Source: a virus
Lineage: Duplodnaviria; Caudoviricetes
Length of the DNA: 44,780 nucleotides
Virus record (IMG/VR): IMGVR_UViG_3300042934_000573
Location: 1 to 44,780 of that record
Reading direction: 5' to 3' (one strand)
A model generated the notes under the pieces. It ran no database searches. It was not told the origin of the DNA and was given only the letters and a program-made list of their open reading frames with translations. This document shows positions 43,483 to 44,780 of this stretch, in pieces (positions within the stretch are counted from its first letter, which is position 1; each line of letters begins with the position of its first letter). The position numbers were made by a program, and so were the translations under genes.

Positions 43483-44312
43483 GAAGTGTTTACATTCATA
43501 ACCCTAACCCGAAATTCATCGCGCCAGCGCACCACGCGCACAAACTCCCGTTTGTTTTGCAGGGAGCGATAAAGAATACTCAGGGCCGCGACCTTACTGG
43601 GGATATGATTTTCTATGTTAATCTTCCGCCGGAACGCCGCCGCCGAATCTATGAGGCCCGCCGTAAGGCGATCAACGCTGCAATCACTGCAATTCTCTAC
43701 TTTGTTAATATTGTTTCCCGAGAGGTTCATGCCAGTGCGGAGCAGCTGGCCGATCAGTGCGGCCTTTCTACCGTCTCCGATGCGGGCAATAAATCGATCA
43801 CCCGGTTAACCAGGGCTCTGGTCATGATGAAGGGGCTAGGGCTTGTGCAGTACAAGCGACGGTTTGATCGTGTGAGTCGTAAATACTTTCCTGCTGAGAT
43901 CGTTGTTACTGATACGTTTATTGAGCTGGTAGGGATATCGCCGGAATCATGGCAAAGAGCGGTTGATCAAAAGCTCAACTATTACAATGCCAAAAATAGT
44001 AAGCGGTTGGGTAAGGCTATTACCGAATCTGATTATGCCCGTATAGCTCGACAGGAGCGCTTAGAGCAGGTCTGGAATCGCCGCAAGACCGAACGAGAAA
44101 TCAACGCGAAGAAGAAAGCGGCAAAACGAGCCGAACGTATAGCCAAAGAGCAAGGAGAGGAAGAGTTACACAACCTGGTTAAGAGCCAGGTATCGCAGGA
44201 ATTCAGGGATGGTTTACATCCAGGAGCCAGTCTTTCAGACCTCCGCTCTATTGTAGAGCACCGTATCAACTACCTTAAGAAAATTAGGCGAGAAGAAAGC
44301 CGAACCCACTAA
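43479..44312 (+). CDS. repA: Plasmid replication initiator, IncFII RepA family
   Basis: NPNPKF...RRKAINA...LADQCGLSTVSDAGNKSITRLTRAL motif. Confidence 0.9.
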   Translation: MRSVYIHNPNPKFIAPAHHAHKLPFVLQGAIKNTQGRDLTGDMIFYVNLPPERRRRIYEARRKAINAAITAILYFVNIVSREVHASAEQLADQCGLSTVSDAGNKSITRLTRALVMMKGLGLVQYKRRFDRVSRKYFPAEIVVTDTFIELVGISPESWQRAVDQKLNYYNAKNSKRLGKAITESDYARIARQERLEQVWNRRKTEREINAKKKAAKRAERIAKEQGEEELHNLVKSQVSQEFRDGLHPGASLSDLRSIVEHRINYLKKIRREESRTH

Positions 44313-44637
44313 CAGGCTATCCAGTTGATTCTGGAGGCTTCCCCGCACCTACCCCCCGCAGATGTATAAAAAATAGCCTTAACGTACATTAATTTCCCAT
44401 ATCCAAATCCCCACGCCTCGATGATCCACCAACCGAAAACACTGTTATCCACAGTTTCAAGTTATATATGCAAATGGTTTTTCCTCTTGGATGCATCAAA
44501 AGAAATACATGCAACGTCACTCTTTTAAGTTCCTTAACTTAAGATCTATTTAAACTTACGCAGCTTGCAGCTGTAGATAAATGACCGCCCTTGCAGCGGC
44601 GCAAGCGCCGCGCCGGTTCGGAAAGTCAACGGCATGA
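44313..44637 (+). other. Replication origin region (CIS/oriR-like)
   Basis: Downstream of repA: C-rich tract, DnaA box TTATCCACA 44445-44453, AT-rich TTAA repeats, GC hairpins. Confidence 0.7.
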
Positions 44638-44780
44638 GTTAGCACCCGGCATAGCCGGGCAACCCGCTACAGGGCCCCCACGTCTCCGACCGGAAACCAC
44701 AGCATCGCGATCATGTCCGTGGAATTAAAAACGGTCTGGCAGGATCGAGGGGGCGATTTGTGGCCAGAATGGAAAATTAC
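44638..44780 (+). repeat. Terminal direct repeat, copy 2 (circular overlap)
   Basis: Matches 1-144 with a 1-bp homopolymer difference. Confidence 0.95.

Larger units (their letters stand above)
1..44637. mobile_element. Circular phage-plasmid (lambda-like head and packaging, Mu-like contractile tail, IncFII-family replicon)
   Basis: Terminal overlap indicates a circle; full head, tail and lysis gene set plus repA, parA, a Xer site and TA modules; no integrase recognised. Confidence 0.9.

Noticed and set aside
44638-44780. Terminal repeat as a biological direct terminal repeat of the virion
   Set aside because: It lies in the origin region, differs by a homopolymer indel, and a cos site exists elsewhere; best explained as an assembly overlap

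Overview
The window is essentially one complete circular temperate phage-plasmid of about 44.6 kb, probably from an enterobacterial host. Positions 1-144 recur at 44638-44780 with a one-G homopolymer difference, which looks like an assembly overlap. The plasmid backbone has an IncFII-family RepA with an upstream antisense RNA and a downstream DnaA-box origin, a type Ib parA/RHH partition pair, a XerC/D core site, a Tus-Ter-like site and HicAB. I recognised no integrase or lambda O/P genes. The virion programme looks complete: cI/cro-like switch, c4/ash-antirepressor locus, Ref nuclease, Q-like antiterminator, holins/GH19 endolysin/spanins, lambda-type cos, terminase, portal and capsid, a Mu-like contractile tail, and a Mig-14-family moron. 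Main highlights: (1) a ~1.7 kb non-coding unit (14.4-16.2 kb) bounded by a promoter and a terminator, built of repeated RNase III-like stems, repeated GAAAGA-loop hairpins, a pseudoknotted module and crRNA-handle-like motifs, which suggests a polycistronic small-RNA array, with a second structured block at 16.76-17.19 kb; (2) three copies of a ~110 bp promoter/operator cassette, each driving a small orphan gene, with a KorC-like repressor (candidate anti-defence regulon); (3) a truncated RepA paralogue translationally coupled to repA; (4) a divergent type I toxin-antitoxin locus; (5) dispersed repeated operator/centromere motifs. All family assignments come from motif recognition by eye, not database searches.
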